Positions 60,799 to 64,000 of a stretch of 64,000 nucleotides of DNA are shown in pieces. Made by a program: the position numbers and the translations under genes. Position 1 is the stretch's first letter; each line of letters begins with the position of its first letter. The stretch is from a virus. Below the pieces are notes generated by a model. That model ran no database searches. It was not told the origin of the DNA and worked only from the letters and a program-made list of their open reading frames with translations. The stretch is from the IMG/VR virus record IMGVR_UViG_3300033475_000008, positions 1-64,000 of that record; one strand, written 5' to 3'.

Positions 60799-63785
60799 CG
60801 GGCCACCTCCATGACCGCGTCCAGGACCAACATGGTGAACCCACGTTTGGTGAGATCCGTGTGAGTGAACTTGCCGGTGAACATGGACTCTACCGCGTTC
60901 ACCATGGCCTGTAGCGGGAGGTCCGCGACGTTGGGTTGTGGTCCATACTGGGGCAGCAATGACGCGATAAGGCTGGCTGGGATGTCTTGGGGTTCCACCG
61001 AGACACCACCGTAGCCACCCGTGGACTGGATGCGCTGGTTGGCCAGAGACGCGAGCCGTCGGCGAAGCTCCTCGCGGGCTGCGGCTCGGGACTGCACGCT
61101 GGTCCCGTCGCTGCCTGTCTGGTTGGGAAGTGACGCGATAAACTGGTCCTTCTCATCTGCCATCTGTTGACGACGAGCGGTGATGTCTTGCCGCTGCTGA
61201 GCGTAGTAGCCAGGGGCCTCAGGACGCTGCGTGTTGCCCAAGCTGTCCAAAACCTGGTCACCCTTCACCAGGTCCACATGACACCCACAGTTGGGTCCAC
61301 CGAGGCACACGGGACCGCCGAACCCGCCGTCACCTGGCCAACCAGGGATGGACTTGAACGTGAACTCTTGGCCGTCCCGAGCCAAGCACAGGGGGCAGTG
61401 CTCAGTCTCACCAAGGCGCCACACGAGCTTGAGACCCGGGTCACTGGACTTGCCGGTGTTGCCATACCCGTCGTGCCAGGCACCGTTGAGACCCTCACCG
61501 TAGAGCTTGGTCCGAGGTGGCAGCCAGGTGTGAGGGTCAGTACCATCTTGGTCCGCGTCCTTCACCGCCGTGGCTAGACCCGTGAGGTAGGGTCGCTGGG
61601 TCTCAGCCCGCTGAGCCGCGAGTCCCTGCAGGACCTCTTCACCCAGGGGTGGGAGGTGCAGTTGGTGAGCCGCGGTCTGCGCCCCGTGGTGCAGGGCCTT
61701 GTAGTAGGCACTCTCCATGGCAGCCACACCTTGCGTGACTGCCTCAAGGAAGTTGATGCCACCACCGTAGTAGCTGAGCATCGTGCTGGTGAGTTGCTTG
61801 GCGACCAGGGCCGCGGTGCTGGCCAAGAGCACGTCCTGGGCCACGTTCGGTGGTGACGTGGTCTGCTGGGGCGGTGGCGTGGTCGCGGTGGGGGTGGCGG
61901 CCTTTTGACTGCTGGCCGTGGTGTCGTGGCCACCCTTGCTGTCCGCGTCTCGCTCTGCGGCGTCGTGAGTGGCCTCTGCCGCGGTGTGTCCCGGGGACTC
62001 CTTCTCGTCGCTTGGCTTCGCGGCCGGCTTGGAAGTGGGCTTGGAAACTGGTGTCTTGGCCTCTGTGCCAGCGTCCGGGTCCTGGCCATCTTGGTCGTCT
62101 TGGCCGGTGTCTGGGCCGTTCTGCTGTTGAGCGTTGGCAGCTGCCTGTTGCTGAGCGAGTTGAGCGCCCTGGGTGAGGGTCATGAACCCGGTGGGAGTGA
62201 ACACGCCAGGGTCACTGGTCTCTGGGAGGCCGAAGGGCTGCAGGCCGAGCTTGTCACGTCCCTCGTCGATGGTGCGCAGGGAGTGACCGACCTGGTTGAC
62301 CAGGAGGTTGGTGAGGGTCTCCTCGTCCTCCTCTTCCTGCATGCCCTCGAAGATGAAGCGCATGTCAGGTTGACCACACACCACGTGGAGGATGTGTTCC
62401 GCGATGCTGGTCAGGAAGAGCAAGGTGGGAAGCAAGGTGGACTGGTCCTGCTGCTGTCCAGACATCTTGGCCATCTGGTTGGCCGCACCGGGTGACTGCG
62501 TGGTGCTGACCTTGGGACTGATGCCGATCTGCATGGGTTGTACCCCGAAGGCCATGCAGGTCTGGGCCATGATGATCTCGTCGAACTGATCAGCGAGCTC
62601 AGTAGGCCGCTGAGGGTCGACCTTGCTGCCAGACGGCAGAACAATGATCTTGTGGTGGTAGGCAGGGTCACCAGCGATGGCGTTGAGAGCGTCCTGCAGT
62701 TCCCGGATCTGGTTCGGGGAGAGGTCGTTGCCCGGGGAGATGTAGACCGCGGGAACCGTGCCCTCTTGGAAGTAGTCTCGCTGGTAGCCCTGCTTGGCCA
62801 GACCCGTGGTGATGGGGATGAGACCGCGCTCGATGGGTGGGAACCCGTAGGGTGTCCACCGTCGTGGCACCATCCGCAGGTACATGAGCTGACTGCCCGT
62901 GAACTGCTGGACCTGTGAGCCCTTGAGGTCGTTGTCCTCGAGGTCCCAGTCCATGATCGTGGACATGAGATCGACTCGTGGGACCCCGTAGAGATACTGC
63001 TGGTAGCCTACGGCTGGTGGTCGAGGAGTGCCACCACGGAGGTCGTAGAGTGGTCGGATGGTGGGACCGTTGACCAGAGCCAGGGAGTCCAGGTTGGAGC
63101 CGAGAAGTCCCTTCTTGCCGCCTCGTCCTCGCTTGGGCCGCATGACGATGGACAGGGCGTCGTAGACCAGGATCTCTTCCATCACGTTGGAGATCCAGGA
63201 CTGCCAACTGAAGTAGTCGTGGTCTGGGTGCTTGAAGAACTTGATGGCCTCAGCGCGTCGCTCACCGAAGTCCTTCATGGCAGCTTGGTCGTTGCGCATG
63301 GCCTTGGCGGCGTCTCGAGTGGGAGTGATGTCCCACTCGAGTGACACGATCTGGGACTTGATGAACTCGATGCAGGCCCGGGCCACCGAGTAGAGGTCTG
63401 CCAGGGTCTGGAGCTGCTGGAAACTGGCGAGCTTGAGACCCTCGTCACCGGGGGTGCCAGTGGGGAGGTTCCAACCAACGCGGTACTGCTCGAGGCGGGC
63501 CTCGACTTGTCCGTACTCGTTGGACTCGTCAACGGGGATGGAGAGGATGGGACTGAAGGGTCCAAACGCACCTTCGGTGAAGTCCTGAGGTGGTCGTGGG
63601 AGACCCAGGGTGCCGTATGTGCTGCCCCAGCCGCCACTGGGGTTGACCAGCCGCCCGCTGTGTTCAGCAGTCCCGGCCAACCCGGCACCGAAGAGACCAC
63701 TGGGAGTGGCTGGTGGCAGGGTCTGTCGGTTGACGCCACTCTGGATGGCACTGTTGGCCGCGATGACTGAGCCACGTCGTGCCAC
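60795..63785 (-). CDS. portal protein fused to a MuF-like domain
   Basis: FF..PD, YG.PP.E, YF.EG.VP, AFGV.P..IG, TIDE.R..LGL.P; C-term W.L...HCPLC...CLGGPNCGC. Confidence 0.85.
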   Translation of the reverse strand: MARRGSVIAANSAIQSGVNRQTLPPATPSGLFGAGLAGTAEHSGRLVNPSGGWGSTYGTLGLPRPPQDFTEGAFGPFSPILSIPVDESNEYGQVEARLEQYRVGWNLPTGTPGDEGLKLASFQQLQTLADLYSVARACIEFIKSQIVSLEWDITPTRDAAKAMRNDQAAMKDFGERRAEAIKFFKHPDHDYFSWQSWISNVMEEILVYDALSIVMRPKRGRGGKKGLLGSNLDSLALVNGPTIRPLYDLRGGTPRPPAVGYQQYLYGVPRVDLMSTIMDWDLEDNDLKGSQVQQFTGSQLMYLRMVPRRWTPYGFPPIERGLIPITTGLAKQGYQRDYFQEGTVPAVYISPGNDLSPNQIRELQDALNAIAGDPAYHHKIIVLPSGSKVDPQRPTELADQFDEIIMAQTCMAFGVQPMQIGISPKVSTTQSPGAANQMAKMSGQQQDQSTLLPTLLFLTSIAEHILHVVCGQPDMRFIFEGMQEEEDEETLTNLLVNQVGHSLRTIDEGRDKLGLQPFGLPETSDPGVFTPTGFMTLTQGAQLAQQQAAANAQQQNGPDTGQDDQDGQDPDAGTEAKTPVSKPTSKPAAKPSDEKESPGHTAAEATHDAAERDADSKGGHDTTASSQKAATPTATTPPPQQTTSPPNVAQDVLLASTAALVAKQLTSTMLSYYGGGINFLEAVTQGVAAMESAYYKALHHGAQTAAHQLHLPPLGEEVLQGLAAQRAETQRPYLTGLATAVKDADQDGTDPHTWLPPRTKLYGEGLNGAWHDGYGNTGKSSDPGLKLVWRLGETEHCPLCLARDGQEFTFKSIPGWPGDGGFGGPVCLGGPNCGCHVDLVKGDQVLDSLGNTQRPEAPGYYAQQRQDITARRQQMADEKDQFIASLPNQTGSDGTSVQSRAAAREELRRRLASLANQRIQSTGGYGGVSVEPQDIPASLIASLLPQYGPQPNVADLPLQAMVNAVESMFTGKFTHTDLTKRGFTMLVLDAVMEVAR

Positions 63786-63802
63786 GTCAGGTCCCTCTCA
63801 GG

Positions 63803-63988
63803 TCACTCGTTGTCATGGTCCTCGTCTGCTACTTCGATGTCGATCACGTCGGCAGGGTAGATGACGTCTCGGTCGTTCCACTCACCTTCAGGCCAGTACT
63901 CCACCTCGAGAAGGGTACCGTCAGCGTGCCACACGGCTCGCTTGACTCGGGGACACGGCTGCCGATCCCGGCCGAGGCCGTAGACCAC
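63803..63988 (-). CDS. hypothetical protein (may begin beyond the window)
   Basis: CPRVK...W..DGTL..VEY. Confidence 0.5.
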   Translation of the reverse strand: MVYGLGRDRQPCPRVKRAVWHADGTLLEVEYWPEGEWNDRDVIYPADVIDIEVADEDHDNE

Positions 63989-64000
63989 GTCATGAAGGCC

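Overview
This window is an internal 64-kb segment of a large, GC-rich tailed actinobacteriophage with a siphovirus-type tail module. WhiB, an RsbW-like ATPase, a tRNA-Leu(UAA) and a secreted actinomycete-type surface protein point to a filamentous-actinomycete host. No integrase, terminase or endolysin is visible. The + strand from about 1 to 30.5 kb carries early and replication genes: a tandem C2H2/C2HC zinc-finger protein, WhiB, a family A DNA polymerase, ribosomal protein bL28, a vWA protein, a RuvC-like nuclease, an SNF2 helicase, a RecB-like nuclease, an AAA ATPase and an SSB. It also carries an apparent T4-logic cytosine hypermodification pathway split over two loci: a dNMP kinase-UDG-like fusion, an Asp-type thymidylate synthase homologue, dCMP deaminase, a dCTPase/dUTPase, a GT-B glycosyltransferase, UDP-galactopyranose mutase and a C5-methyltransferase-FkbM fusion. 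A 5.2-kb RNA array (23.8-29.0 kb) holds about 39 canonical tRNAs covering all 20 amino acids, interleaved with non-canonical RNAs. These include a circularly permuted Y-RNA-like element, a tRNA with a ~135-nt insert, anticodon-less mini-tRNAs and a duplicated ~160-nt covarying ncRNA. The - strand from about 30.5 to 64 kb is the virion module: a portal-MuF fusion, two large ADP-ribosyltransferase-bearing proteins that share a KVGPxGYxHG tag and a repeat with the prohead protease, the major capsid, holin-like genes, and head-tail, tail tube, chaperone, tape measure and minor tail genes. All calls come from manual motif reading; no database searches were run.
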